Assembly: GCA_964016885.1 (NCBI GenBank)
Contig: OZ024741.1
Span: forward strand, 117,552,001 to 117,616,000
From: Eledone cirrhosa
Lineage: Eukaryota
Length of the DNA stretch: 64,000 nt
Direction: 5' to 3'
The notes below the pieces were generated by a model, which saw only the letters and a list, made by a program, of their open reading frames with translations, was not told where the DNA came from and searched no databases. Both the position numbers and the translations under genes were made by a program. Positions 46,005 through 60,361 of this stretch are shown piece by piece. How positions within the stretch are numbered: position 1 is the first letter of the stretch; the number at the start of each line of letters is the position of its first letter.

Positions 46005-46337
46005 GGAGGCACATGGCTTAGTGGTTAGAGCATTGGCCTTGCAATCGAAAGGTTGTGAGTTCAATTCTCAGACCGGGTGATGTGTTGTTTCCTTGAGCAA
46101 GACACTTTATTTCACATTGCTCCAGTTTACTCAGCTGTAGAAATGAGATGATAGGGACAGGGGTCCCCATCATTCCACTGCAAAGTGGTCGTGTAGGTGC
46201 CACGGCAAAAACCACCCAGCACTCACTGTAAATGAGGTTGGTGTTAGGAAGGGCATCCAGCTGTAGATATCAAGCCAGAATCAGTTCCCGTCCCACCCTT
46301 GCAAGCAGGGAAAAGTGGACGTAAAATGATGATGATG
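46005..46337 (+). mobile_element. SINE family A, full length
   Basis: tggcttagtgg A-box, gagttcaattc B-box, tail homologous to RTE 3' UTR 12260-12420, (GAT)n. Confidence 0.88.
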
Positions 46338-46814
46338 TATATTTATGTGCGTTTATGTATATATATATATATATATATTAGTTTTGCGAGGTTTTTGATA
46401 TAAAATTGTGTCGAAACAAATATTGTTATACTTGGGGAGGGTCATATTTGTGTAATAATATTGCCTGAATTAATAACAGAACACACTCACTGTTTGGTTG
46501 GTTTTCGCTTCTCTGTCTTTTATATCGGTTAATTTAATTTATTCGGTCCTCAATCTTACCATTGACTACGCCATCTTTATTTAGTCTGTTTATTTATTTA
46601 TTTATTTATTTATTTGTCTTCTCTGCGCATGCGTTTGCGTGTGTGTATAGTGTTTGATGTGTGTTCGTGTTTGGGTGACTGTGTATTGGTTATTGTATTC
46701 TATCTTAGTTTACTATGTGTGTTTATATGTGTTTGTTGTTATTGTGCTTGTGTATGTATTTATTTATTTATACTTCTCTTAGGTCAGTATTGTTTGTTTG
46801 GGTGTTGTTATTCC

Positions 46815-49200
46815 ATTCATTTTTCTGTTTAGCCTTGGCCTTCTAAGTTCTATTTCGCTGGTCTCTCTGATTTGCCTATCTGCTGGGTCATTTCTATGTT
46901 TAGATATTATTCTAATTTCTATGTTTATGTTACCGTTGTGTTGTCTGGCATGTTCGTATAGTACTGAACCGTTTTTTCGTCCTTTTAGTTCCCCCAGTGT
47001 TGGTCTATCCTTTCACCTATGCTACGAGCTGTCTCACCTATGTATGTTGTTGTCATGTTTCTGCAAGTACCCTCTGTACATCTTATGCTATAGACTACGT
47101 TTCTAGTTTTACAGTTTATCCGAGGGTTTACTTTACATATAATACATTTCCTATTAGTACAGTGGGTTTTCTTAAAAGGGTAGGTTTTGCTGATCAGGGA
47201 TTTTATGGTGGTTCCTGGCTTTTCTGCCACCTTAATCTTTAAGTGGGTCTTTCTCAGAGCCTTTCTACACTGGTTAGCTAATTTCCCTCCAGGGGTAGCG
47301 TCCACAAACATGACACTCTGGTATCTCTGGTTGTCGTACCATGAGGTGGCTTTCCCTATCTTATGTCTAGTCCTATCTAAGCTATTCCATGATTTGCTCC
47401 TGTATAATGGGAAAATTCCTTTCATGTCCAGTTCTATGAGGGTCTTATACTTCTCCGTGGCTCCTTTGTATACTCTGATTCTGTCTCTTTGGTTGTAGCC
47501 AGAGAACTGCATGCGGTTGATGAAGTGTTGGATGTGTCTTTCCATTTCTGTTGGGTCGCACATGCGGGACACGTTCTTCATCACTCATACCAAGTCTGCG
47601 ATCAGAATCTTAAACTTAGTACTACTGGACATTGCTGAGTTTTTGAGTATCAGGTATTTGGAGGCCATGGGTTTAGCATAGTGAGAGTGGAGAATTTGGG
47701 CTCTCTCGTCTATAGTGTTAATCCAGAGTTCCGTGTCTAATACAGGTAGTCTATTGTTAGGGTGTTTGGAAGGGTAGTCGATAGTTACAGTTATACTCTG
47801 GTGTATGGAATTAGCTATCTGCTAGATGCTTTCCATTGTGCTACGTTCTAAATCAAACTTGTTATTGCTCTCTTGTGGGGATGTCCTTATTACTATATTG
47901 ATGTCGTCTACGTAACGAGAGTACATGATGAGGTCTATGGAGCTCTCATCAAGGAGATATTTGAGTCTCCTTTCCCACCATACCATAAAAAGGTTGGCAA
48001 CGTCACCAGCTATGCTGACGCCAATGGCTGCTCCCTCATTTTGGGTGTAGATCTTCTCGTTGAATTTGAATATGTGGCCCTTTAGGGTAGTTTTGATACT
48101 AGCCCCTATTGCATGTGCGACCATTTTTCTTACCTGATCATTGTTTTGGGGGGTCCGTATAGCTTTGGTCCACCCAATCCACCTTCCCATGGGAGTCTTT
48201 TTTGCCATTGACGTTATGGTGGGGGATCTACCTCTATGGGTCTACTAGGGCAGAAACGTCTAAGGTCATGGCTGTCTAGGTAGTCAGTGTCATAGGTAAG
48301 TCTAAGTAGGAGGCCCAGTTCGTCTGTGTTGACGTCGCAGAACTCCACCTCACTCTCAATGTTCATCTCCACACATTTTTCTACAGCAAAATCAATGTTA
48401 ATGGATGGGTACAGTGATACCACATCCATACTGCCTATTATGCAGTTGGATAGGTTTTTGTTTTTGTTGCACTCACTGATTCTGCTGAGGAGGTCCTCTG
48501 TACTGTCACATACATCTGGGGGAATCTTGATTATGGGGCGTATAACTATTGAGAGGAAGTAGGAGATCCTGTAGTTGCTAGCTATATTTGCTCCGCATAC
48601 AGGTCTTGTTGGTGGTCCTGTTGTTGGGTTGTCGACTGTCTTATGGTCTTTGCGGAGCCCATACAAGGGTGGTATGCTATTGTTAGACGCCTGGAAGTTG
48701 TTGACAGTGCGTCTGCTTGGCTTTAGGATGTCAGTCCACATCATCATGTGAGCGTTGAGGATTTTCTCTCTCCCATCATGTATTTGCTGTGCAATTTCGC
48801 TCGTGTTGGTGATGTGGGGTTGCATAGCCTCGATGTAGTTCGGCATGCTCTCTATTGACATCCTACCAGACTTATCCGTGGGTAGACATACTACCTCACC
48901 ATCCCTTGTGCGCTGCTTGAGGCTAATCAAGCCTTCTACAGGTTTCCTCCCAAGTTGTTGGGCCTCTGGTCTGCTCTGTCTCTTAGTATACCGGTCTACT
49001 ATTTGTCTAATCTTATTTCTAGCTATGGTGAACGGTACCTCTGTCTCGTCATCTATTTGTTGTGGTATGTAAACTCTTTTATTAAAGGGTAACCTCGTAG
49101 GATAGATATTACCCATCTTATATGTTTTGTCAGCTGGATTGAAGAATAGTTTCTCTAAGGGGTCGTCATAGTTGTGTGTGTTGCTATTATTGTTATTATG
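46815..49200 (-). pseudogene. Disrupted PLE RT/GIY-YIG ORF
   Basis: Fragments 48214-49116, 47822-48208, 46985-47584: PTDKSG, LYGLRKDHK, SMDVVSLYPSI, YSRYVDDI, YIGETAR; frameshifts and a stop. Confidence 0.88.
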
Positions 49201-49719
49201 CTTACATAGGTGAGACAGCTCGTAGCATAGGTGAAAGGATAGACCAACACTGGGGGGAACTAAAAGGATGAAAAAACGGTTCAGTACTATACAAACATGC
49301 CAGACAACAACACAACGGTAACATAGACAACATAGAAATTAGAATAATATCTAAACGTAGAAATGACCCAGCAGATAAGGCAAATCAGAGAGGCCAGCGA
49401 AATAGAACTTAGAAGGCCAAGGCTAAACAGAAAAAATGAATGGAATAACAACACCCAAACAAACAATACTGACCTAAGAGAAGTATAAATAAATAAATAA
49501 ATACATACACAAGCACAATAACAACAAACACATATAAACACACACTAGTAAACTAAGATAGAATACAATAACCAATACACAGTCACCCAAACACAAACAC
49601 ACATCAAACACTATACACACACGCAAACGCATGCGCAGAGAAGACAAAAAAAATAAATAAATAAATAAACAGACTAAATAAAGATGGCGTAGGCATACAA
49701 TACAACAAGAGGAAACATA

Positions 49720-49773
49720 ATAGCACCACTGACGATGTTGCAGATGTGCAACGAAAGAACTTTGTTAGACTAT
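49720..49773 (+). ncRNA. Hammerhead motif (stem I decayed)
   Basis: CTGACGA-t-gttgca gatg tgcaac-GAAA-gaac-TT; same position in the pLTR as the 25467 motif. Confidence 0.7.
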
Positions 49774-49960
49774 ATATATGTGTTTGTGTCTATATTATAT
49801 CTGTATTTTTGACCGTTGGTCAGTCAATGGTAACATTGAGGACAGAATAAATTAAATTAACTGATATAAAAGACACAGAAGTAAAAACCAACCAAACAGT
49901 GAGTGTGTTCTGTTATTAATTCTGGCAATATTATTACACAAATATGACCCTCCCCAAGTA

Positions 49961-49984
<24 letters not shown>

Positions 49985-49995
<11 letters not shown>

Positions 49996-50784
49996 AGAGG
50001 ATGTCTGTCTGTGTGTCTGTTCCCCTAAAACTCGAGAAGTACCCAACCGTTTTTTTTCAAACTTTACACATGTAATGCTTATGGTCCTATTGAGTCTTCT
50101 GAGTAAAACAAATTTCAAATGTTCAATGCCCTAGGGACTGCAGTAGGCGATTTAGCGATCTCTTTCTCTTTTTAGATAGATGCATAGATATGACGTCGCG
50201 CCTTCATAATATCTGTCTGTATGCCTGACTGTCTGCATTACGTCATTATGACGCGATCAGTGTGTGTGTGTATATATATTCTTATGCCAGGGAACGTCTT
50301 CACGAACCAAAGTATCGTCTTCCTGTTTTCCAGATTGTTTTTTTTTAGTTTAAGAAGATCCCGTTAAGGTTGAAAGCAGCGATTCTTTGCTTAAACATTA
50401 ATATGTTATTTTAATATAGATATTCGTGTACAGATATTTTTGCATACACAAAAACAAAATATAAACAAACAAGGCCAACGATTACATCAGTTAGTCTTAG
50501 TGTACTTCATACTGCTTTTAGGTAGAATATCCCGTTAAGGGTGAAAGCAGCGATTCATTTTCTGCGTTCACAGATTGATTTTTTTAGTTTCAGAAGATCC
50601 TGTTAAGTGTTAAACTTTAATCTGTTATTTTAATATTTATATATTCATGGACAGATATTTTTGCATACACAATAACAAAATATAAACAAGCATATTTATT
50701 TCACGAGGCTCGAAAGGATAAATATATATCAAATATATAAGAACCCTAGAGCAAATCCCGAGCAACGCCGGGCCATTCTGCTAG
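49985..50784 (+). mobile_element. Non-autonomous Helitron
   Basis: 3' hairpin cccgagcaacgccggg + CTAG|T; internal blocks shared with 20950-21230. Confidence 0.75.
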
Positions 50785-51064
50785 TGTATATATAAAGGAG
50801 CAACTAAAAAGAGGGATTCCTTTTTTTCCTCTGTTTATTTGATGTGGGTCTTATGTGTTTATTATGGTTATTATTTTTTGTTGTGTGGGTTTCTAATCCT
50901 TCATAAGAATTTGTTATCTTTCTGCTACTAAGTTGAGTATAATAATTTGTAAGTATAATTCTATGAAATGGCTATTATCACTTTAAGTTTCAGTTACGAA
51001 CAACTGAAGATTTTATTCTTAGACAGAAATATATTATGTTGATATTTGTTTGTCCTTTCAAGAG

Positions 51065-51660
51065 TTTGTTGTTGGTAGTGTAGTGGTGGTGATGTGGTTG
51101 TGATGTTGGGGTGTAGTGGTGATGTTTGATGTTGGGTGTGTAGTGGTGATGTTTGATGTTGGGTGTGTGAGGATGTAGTGGGGTAGTGAAGTGGTGTTGG
51201 TTGTGTTGTTATGGTGTAGTAATGTTTGGGGCGTAGTGTTGGTAGTGTTTGGGTAGTAGTAGTGGTGTTTGGGTGTAATAGTGGTGGTGTAGTGATGTTT
51301 GTGGTTTGGTGGTGGTGTTATGGTGAAGTGTTAGTGGTGATGGTGATGTTGTGGTGGTGGTGTTGGGATATAGTGGTGTTGGTGATGTTGGGATGTAGTG
51401 GTGATATTTGATGTTGGGTGTGTAAGGGCTGGTTTTTTTGGGTGCTGTGAGCATGAGGATGTAGTGGGGGTATTGGTGATGTTGTGATGGTGGTGGTTGT
51501 GTTGTTATGGTATAGTAATGTTTGGGGTGTAGTGTTGGTAGTGTTTGGGTGGTAATAATGGTGTTTGGGTGTTGTAGTGTGGTTTGGTGGTGGTGTTATA
51601 GTGTAGTGTTAGTGGTGTTGGTGGTGTTATGTTGTACTGGTGATGTTAGAAGTGTAGCTA
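51065..51660. repeat. GT-rich (GTG/GTA/GTT) low-complexity tract
   Basis: Directly visible. Confidence 0.85.
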
Positions 51661-52528
51661 CCAAAAATGTCCTTCTTTTATAGAAATTATAATTTTGATA
51701 TTTTCTCTGTAATAAAACAGCCGTGTGTTGGTGTAGTAGTAGTATTGGTGTTAGGGTTAGAGAAATCTAGGAGTTCTTAAGTAATATAACAACCATTTGT
51801 TTCACTGTAACCTATTTTCATTTCCTCATTTTTTGTTGTATTTCATTCTTTTATCTCTCATATTCTACCCCAAAATGACAGACTTTACAACCACATAATG
51901 TAGGTGACTGATCTGTGAGCAGTAGTGACGCTGTTTGTGTGTCTGTGTGTATTATATATATATGTGTGTATATGTGTGTGTTTATATATATATATATATA
52001 TCATCAACATATATTTTTTTATATAATATATATATATATATATATATGTGTGTGTATATATCACCATCACCATCATCATTTAACATCTATTTTTCCACCC
52101 TTGCATGATATATAAATATATGTATGTGAGTGTGTGTGTGTGTATATATATATAGTTATAGAAGCCACAGAGTACACGTTACACCACCCACTCTCTCTCT
52201 GATGGCCAGTTTTAATATAGTAGTTTATTATTTTGTTTTATGTGAAGTAACTTCTTGTATCATAGACTTAATTAGGGCTGATGGTGGTTTTTTTTTATTT
52301 GTTTCATGGAGGTCAAATAAATCGGTTTCAAAAGTAGAGAATCCTCTTAGAAGCTTTTACAATATATACATGTGTGTGTGTGTGTATATATATATATCTA
52401 TCTATATTTACACACATGCACACACACACATATATATACATACATCTGTGTGTAGATATATATATATATATATAAAAGAAGGAAAAAGAAAAGGGAGGGA
52501 AACCCCCCCCCCCCCCAAAAAAAAAATA

Positions 52529-52749
52529 GTCCACACTGTAATGTAGTTGTGTAGGTAACACGGTAAAAAGCTCCCAGTCCACACTGTAAATTTGGTTAGT
52601 GTTAAGAAGGGCATCCAACCATAGAAAACCTGCCAGATAGTCCTATACGAGCGAGACATGGTCACCTGACCAATCTTGCCTCAAGCGGGACAACTCCCGT
52701 CTAACCAATGTTAGCGTGGAAGATGGACGTTAAACGATGATGATGATGA

Positions 52750-52752
<3 letters not shown>
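52529..52752 (+). mobile_element. RTE/SINE 3' tail fragment
   Basis: Reverse complement of 41460-41680; (GAT)n end. Confidence 0.75.
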
Positions 52753-52799
<47 letters not shown>

Positions 52800-54394
52800 A
52801 GTCTTCCCTGTATTGTGAGCTGGTGCCACAACATTAAAAGCATCCAGTAATGTGGTTAGCATTAGGAAGGGCATCCAACTGTAGAACTCAAGCCGAAATA
52901 CACATCTATATGTGCAAGACATGGTCACCTGACCTGACTTGTTTCATAACTTGTTTCATGTCTAATCCATACAAGCATGGAAAATGATGATGTTTATATA
53001 TATATATACATACATACATAAATTGCCCTCAAGTACTTGTTGACTTCTACTTTATTTTATTGAGCCCAGAATGATGAAAGGCAAAATAAAACTTGATAGG
53101 ATTTGAACTGAACGTATAAAGGGTCAGAAGTGAACACAGCAAGGAATTCTACCAAAAGCATTATTGATATATAAGTGATATAAATGAAATAAATACATAT
53201 TACCTAACTGCACAACATTCCTGATACACACTATTTCTTTTAAAATACCTTACCTATGGTATGATATGAACCAATAACTCCTGAGAGAGTCATAGAGGCA
53301 CGACATGCAGCATTTCTTAGGGCATTTTAAAACCGAGTAGAGCCCATCCCCTCTCCAGGCCTGAGTACGACAAATTTCTTATCAACAAAAATACATACAA
53401 GTAAACATGAATTTAGCTAACTTTTTTCTTACTCAATGAGATTTTTGGCTTTGGTTCTTAACTGAAATTGTTTCAATGTTTGGGTCATAAGTCATGACTT
53501 TTATTTTAATATATATATATATCATCATTTTACGTCTGCTTTTCCCTGCTTGCAAGGGTGAGATGGGTCCTCTTCAGCACAGTATCTCTCTATTTGTCAC
53601 AGTCCTTCATCAACGCATCTGTGAGCTTATATATATATATATATATATATAAATAAAAGAATAATTCAACTTTTCCTAAGAACCACCCAAAATAGGTTAA
53701 ATAGTTGCAGTTTCCTGGCCTAATTTAGAATAGTTTTCTTTGATTTATGAAATTTTATTCAGTACACTGTATTTGTCGAATATTTCCATGTTTATTCAAT
53801 ATTTCCATGTTTATTCACCAGAGAAGTATTCCAAGAAATAGTGTTTAATTTGTTTAGGTAGGAGTTCTATGAGATGGAGTGGCTGATGCAGCAGGTGTCA
53901 CTGGCTGTTCTCTGCAGCAATGCCTTAGCCATTATGTCCCTGGGGCACAGGTGAGATATACCACCTAACTGGGGTGAAGAGTCTGCCATTTCCTCAACCT
54001 TTCGCTTGCTTTTGCTATTTCATTTACTTTTTGTCTTTCTTTTTTTATTGCAAACATTACTTAATCCAAGTGATAAAGTTTATAAATATTGAATAGGTTC
54101 CTCATGCAATGTTAGATTAGAATTGAAACATATAGAGTTTAATTTTTCTTGGTGGTCATGGAGGAAAAGAAAGACAAAAGACAGATAAAAAGGTTTCTAT
54201 GTCATCTTTTGAAATACTGTGGGAAAATAGTAAAATATAGTGAATTAATGAGACTCATGAACTTTTGAGGGCTGTCATAAATTATCTTCTACATCCTCAA
54301 TTTGTCTATTGATGTTCTAACAAGCTCTAAAGTAATCATTGAAAGAAAGAAAGAAAAAAGATGGATGCTAGTATATTTATTTTACTGTTAATCA

Positions 54395-54555
54395 GGCAGG
54401 GAAGGACAGTATCCCTGACCTTTTTCAGGGCTTCTGAGACTGGCAGGAGGGAGAGGCAATGTCCATGACCTTTTTCAGGGATTTGGAAACTGGTGGGAAG
54501 GAGGAGCAGTGCCCATGGCCTTTTTCAATACCTCTGAGATTGGTAGGAGGAAAAA
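54395..54555. repeat. ~51-bp minisatellite, three degenerate units
   Basis: Repeats of c(c/a)tg(a/g)cctttttca..ga(g/a)a(c/t)tgg. Confidence 0.7.
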
Positions 54556-56860
54556 GGAAAGAGTAAGGTATCCTCAAACTGGAGACATGGTTTGCATGTT
54601 TGCTACAGAGTGAACTCTGCTAAAGTTACCCAGTGGCCAGTTGGTGGTGTTAAACCAGGTAATGGAGTTACTCTTAACATCCTCTAATGATATAGCAGAA
54701 ATTGCCTTAAAAATGGTTTGTTAAATCAAATATTTATAGTATTTTTATTTGTGCACAGACCATGGTGAAAATTTGTAGTATTTTAAAGACTTTAATATTT
54801 AATGTGAAATAGTCAATTATGATCAAAATAATGTTCCAATTGTTAATCTATTACATAATAATAAAAACAGATCCACTTAAAATATATGATGCAAAGAAAG
54901 ATGTTAAAGAATTAAATACATTTAGTAACAAACCTTATCAGTACATCACAAACATCTTCAAAAGCAAAATATTTTTTATCAGTTCTGAATTCATCAATTA
55001 AATCGTTGATATTCATTTAACTTGCTTCTGTATTTTGATATGGTACAGGATGTTATGAGTTAAGTTTACCTCACAAGACTTACAATTATTTCTTTGAATA
55101 ACGCTATATAGATATAGAGTGGGCTATTTTAAATACACAAGACCTTATAATGACTTTTATATTGATAGTGGGCACCAAATATATAGAAAGTTTAACAGTC
55201 ATGCATTGTCCAAAGAGAACATAAGTAGCATAAGTGAAATTGAGAAATATATTGCAGTTTGCTGAAAATTTTGTATATGTTGATGATGATGATTGTTCAC
55301 ATTGAAGACTGTACAAGTGTTCAATATGTATGTGTCCTTCTTTAATAAATGCTCAGTATCTGTTGCTTAAGCTTATCTGCTGGAGAGATTAAGAAACATA
55401 TGCCATATATACTTGTCTAGGTCACACCTCCATTTTACATATATTTAAATGTGTCATATATTTTTGAATTAAGACTATGTATGTCCAATAAATAAGTTTG
55501 CATGATGGTTTTTCATGACATATTTTCATGGTAAATGATGCACCTTATAAATGAGTATATAATATACAGTACCTGTATGTATGTATATATGTTATCTATT
55601 TTCTGAAGATGGATGAGATGTAACCTATTTCTGTACCTGTTCTTAAATCAAATACCCTGAGTAAGATAATATATATATATATTTGGATTTTGCTCTTCGT
55701 AATTATTATTACTATATATATATATATATATTTATATATCCCCTGAATATTATGAGGAGAAAATATTTCTGTTCTTATCTCTTGAGTTCTTCTGTTAGAA
55801 ATAAAAGCCCCCTGTCCCAAGGAGTTTTAAGTGCTCGCTATCTATATCTACCTATCTACTCACAGCTGGCTTCACACTGACCACAAAATAGAGGATTAGA
55901 TAAACATGCATAACGAAATTATGATTTCTTTTTTTAAACTCAAGTGAACTACTTTATACAGCCCTGCATATATGTCACATTTAAGGTTTTGTAGGCCCAA
56001 TAGATAAGTCTTAACCTCATTTTACATACAACATTCTGGGTTCAGTACTTAAATCACATATAAGGTTTTGTAGGTCCAGTAGTTAAGTCATACTTCACCC
56101 ATTTTACATACAACCTTGTCTCAATTCTTGATTCACATGTTTTGTAGGACCAGTAGATAAGTCACAAGCTTAATTATTTAGCTATTGTCCAATTCTATGT
56201 AGCTGTATGTATGTGTGTGAGTATATATATGCATTGCATGTATGTATTCACACACACATAAAAGATAAAGATCCTATAACTTCTTGTGGAGTTGTAGAGG
56301 CACTGTCAAATGGCATGTCTAGGGCACTTTCTAAACTTTGTGGAGCCCAACGCTCTCCAAGTCTGAACACAACCAATTTTTCTATAGAGGAAGAATCGAC
56401 CCCAGTACTAAAGAGGTACTTTTTTTTATCAAACTCGAAAGGATGAAAGGCAAAGCTGACTATGGCGGGATTTGAACTCAAATCGTGCAATGAGGTGGGA
56501 CGAATACCATAAAGCATTCTATCCGATACCTTAATGACTCTGCCAATTCACCTTATATATATAGTAATTTTGTGTCTAGTTTCCAAAGTTGCATGCATTG
56601 GATGGGTTGTCATTAGATAGTCTTGCTTATATATACAAACATACACTCAGACATATTTATATATATGTATATATATGTGTGTGTGTGAGTGTATAATATA
56701 TATATATGTGTGAGTGTATATAAATGTGTGTGAGTGTATATAAATGTGTGCGAGTGTATATAAATGTGTGTGAGTATATATAAATGTGTGTGTATATAAA
56801 TGTGTGTGTGTGTGTGTGTATATAAATGTGTGTGTGTGTGTATATATGTGTGTGTGTGTG

Positions 56861-56900
<40 letters not shown>

Positions 56901-57369
56901 TGTGTGTGTGTATATATATGTGTGTGTGCGTGTATATATATATATTTATATGTACACACACACACACATACACACACGCACACACTCATATAGCCATGTG
57001 AGCATGGAAAATCTGGCTGTAAAAATGCTGTTGATATGTAGATTATAAAGCCACTATGAGGAAGTACAGACCACTGATGAAAACAGAGCTGTTGGCTCTC
57101 TACCCCTATAATTGACATGTATCATTATCTCTGCAGAGCTAAGCTCAAATTTTCCCATAGATAAAGTTTGAGGAAAGATACTCTAGTAGTCCCAATAGGT
57201 TACACGGGACATAATTTTGAAATAGTCTCTTTTTCCTCCTCTTTCTTTCCCTCACCACTCCTTTCTGCTACCAATTAATCCCCCGTTTCTCTTGCTCCTC
57301 ACACATTCATTTATATTTACAGAGAAAATAATGAATTTAATAGTGTTTTCAAAATAGTAATTGGATCTA

Positions 57370-57545
57370 CTTTAGGCACAAGGCCAGCAATTACCCAGTA
57401 CATTAGTGGTACTTTATTTTATCGACCCCGTAAGGATGAAAGGCTAAGTTAACCTCGGCGGGATTTGAACTCAGACTGTAAAGGGACGTAACTATGCTAG
57501 AAAGCATGGCGTCCAACCCTCTACCGATACTGCCAATTCACCCAA
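57370..57545 (-). mobile_element. SINE family B copy
   Basis: Close reverse complement of 43275-43450. Confidence 0.82.
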
Positions 57546-57828
57546 AATAGTAATGAAATCTAAAGACATACTCAATGAAAAATATCATAACAGATTTGAA
57601 TACATAACATCTAAAGAAAGGTATGGGTGTGATACTGTACAAATTGACAGTTGTAACAGAAAGAGAAGTTAAAGAAACATTTTGGACAAACGCTACACAC
57701 AATGAATCCTAATGGTTAGATTGGGAGTTATTTTTATGAAAGCAAATATATGCTCATATTCTCATAGCTAGGAAATACTTGAAAGCATACATAGAACAGG
57801 TCTGCACACAGTTGATATTAATGTTTAA

Positions 57829-58145
57829 CCCTTTCATTACGATATTTCTAATGAATGACACTGCCTATAGACTTATAATAATTTTGAAAATAATCAAGAA
57901 TTTGGAATGATTTAATAATAATTGCTTCTACTTTTGGCACAAGGCCAGCAATTATCTCAGTGTATTACTGGTACTTTATTTTATCGACCCCGTAATAATA
58001 ATGCTATAACTGGTGTTCTGAACACAACACAGTTTCTTACATAAAATAATGACAGATGGTGTTTTGATAAATATAAACACTTTAAAACAAACAGCTTTGT
58101 ATCAGATAATCAAGAGCACTTTCAGGCAGTTTGGTATCAAAAGGG
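57829..58145. mobile_element. piggyBac-like MITE with inserted SINE B tail
   Basis: TTAA-ccctttcattac ... tggtatcaaaaggg-TTAA; insert at ~57925-57995. Confidence 0.7.
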
Positions 58146-58360
58146 TTAATGTTTAACTCCTTTGTTAACATATTTTTATTTTAACACACTGGTTTTTTTA
58201 CACATTCACTGATCGTCAGTATTGTACCTTGGAGTCACTGGATGTGTTGGATATTAAAACATCCTGGTGACCCAACTGAGGTTGTTCAAGCCTCAGTCTG
58301 TGTCCAAGTGGTATACATACTATTGACCCCACTGGTTACTTCTCTTTAGTCATAGCCATC

Positions 58361-58476
58361 TAGATACCCTCATTGCTTCTTCCACATTGTTTTGATGGCT
58401 CTTCTGTTTACTGCTGTTAGATACCCTCATTGCTTCTTCCACATTGTTTTGATGGCTCTTCTGTTTACTGCTGTTA
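58361..58476. repeat. Perfect 57-bp tandem duplication
   Basis: tagataccctcattgc...ctgctgt twice. Confidence 0.9.
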
Positions 58477-58837
58477 TGCCCTGAGTTCCAGAATTAATTA
58501 GTGAAGCATTTGGAGAGATTTACTATGATTATTATTTCATTATTAAGATAGTATTTATAGTTGGAAGATTTTAATTTAAATAGAAACCCTTTAAGACATG
58601 TGTTGGTTTTCTATTTTTCTTAGAGCCAAAGATGGTTTTTGATGGGTTAGTGAAAGCACTTAATTATTAATGAGTTGGTATCATGATCATATTTCTCCTT
58701 TAAATCAGAACCCTTTAAAATGGGTATTGTTTTGTTTTCCATAGAGCCAGAGGCAGTTATTGACAGGTTGGTAGTGAAATTCAGTTGCCCGTGTATTGTA
58801 ATTAATTTTTAGAATCAAGAATTAGGGATGTAGCAGA

Positions 58838-60361
58838 ATCATCATCATCATCACCGTTTTACGTCCGTTCTTCCACGCTAGCATGGGTTAGACGGGTTGT
58901 CCTGTTGTGGGCAGTGTCTGGTCGGCTGACTATGCCTTGCTCATACAAGAACTGATTTGGCTTGATTTCTACAGCTGGATGCCCTTCCTAACACCAACCT
59001 CATTTACAGTGAGTGCTGGGTGCTTTTTCGTGGCGCCTACACATCCACTTTACAGTGTGGGCTGGGTGCTTTTTTGCCGTGGCACCTCCATGACCACCTT
59101 GCAGTGGGAGGGTGTGGGGGCATATTGTCTATATGCTTCAGCTTGTACCCATGGGAGGTCGGGTACTCTGTATTACTGCGTGACGCCAGAGGTCACGGTC
59201 GTGTGTCATCGCCTTTGAGAGGTGTAATTGGGTAAGGTCGGCTTTTATCACCTCATCCCAGGTCATCTTGGGTCTCCCCACTCCGCGGTTTCCATCTACT
59301 TCTAGTGCTCTGCACCTTTTTATGCAGCTGTCATCCTTCATACGCATCACATGTCCATACCAACGCATCCGCCTCTCCTGCACACAGCATTTGATTCCTC
59401 TTATGCTCAGTCTCTCTCTCAATTCATTTATGCTTTGTCGTTCGTGTATATTACTATTACATATCCATCGGAGCATGCAGGCTTCGTTTCTCTCTAATCT
59501 ACGTAAGTCTTCCACCTTCAGTGCCCAGGTCTCACTACCATGTAACATTGCTGTTCGGATACACGCATCATACAGTCTGCCTTTTATTTTGAGGGAGAAG
59601 CCTTTTACAGCTAGCAGTGGTAGTAGTTCCCTGAACTTCTTCCATCCCGTTCTTTCCCAAGTTATTGTACTTTCTGAACACCCACCTCCGCTGCTAATTC
59701 GGTCACCTAGGTAGCAGAAGCTGTCTACTGTCTCTACAGAGCCCTCCCAGAGATTGGTGGTACTTGTTTCCTGTGGCTGTTTGCTGCTTGCTGTCCCAGT
59801 ACAGCTGCTGCATGTGAAGCCTACATTCTTAATTAAACTTCCTGAGATCCCGCTACATCTCTTGTGTACCCATTGTTTGCATTTGGAGCAGAGGATGGAG
59901 TTCCTACCTACACCTTTCCTACATACTGAGCAAGGCCATTTCCCTGAGGGGATCTGGGTTCTGTTTTCTCGTCTACTTACAAGGACCTTAGTCTTTGTCA
60001 TGTTGACTTTGAGACCCTTTCTTTCTAGTCCCTGCTTCCAAGTTTGGAATTTCTTCTCTAGTTCTACCATAGATTCAGCTATAAGTGCGAGGTCATCAGC
60101 ATACAGGAGTTCCCATGGGCATCCGGTCTTAAACTCCTCCGTTATTGCCTGCAGGACTATGGTGAACAGGAGAGGGCTAAGAACAGAGCCCTGGTGGACT
60201 CCAACCTGTACGTTAAATTCCTCGCTATACTCATTGCTAATCCTAACTTTGCTGACTGCTCCCCTATACATGGCTTGTACAGTTTTCACAAGCCATTCAT
60301 CTACTCCTAGTTTTCTAAGAGCCCACCAGATTACAGCACGTGGAACTCTGTCAAAGGCTTT
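58838..60361 (-). mobile_element. RTE LINE, second 5'-truncated copy of the 10151 family
   Basis: ORF 59138-60361 nearly identical to the C-terminal part of 10156-12228; same 3' UTR and tail. Confidence 0.93.

Larger units (their letters stand above)
46421..49964 (-). mobile_element. Penelope-like element with inverted 3' segment (inverted pLTR) at its 5' end
   Basis: Body 46421-49200 (-); 49203-49964 (+) is an inverted copy of 46421-47044. Confidence 0.9.

Noticed and set aside
46005-46080. tRNA-like sequences with A/B boxes
   Set aside because: Heads of SINEs that continue into core and LINE-derived tail; no complete cloverleaf
51065-51780. Telomere-like G/T-rich tract
   Set aside because: Only an isolated ttagggttag; otherwise degenerate trinucleotide sequence
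54395-54555. CRISPR-like repeat/spacer appearance
   Set aside because: Whole units are degenerate homologues without unique spacers; eukaryotic context, no cas genes
55280-55340. IEDCT-like peptide as possible FHOD exon 2
   Set aside because: No AG acceptor before it and no following YLDLE-like motif
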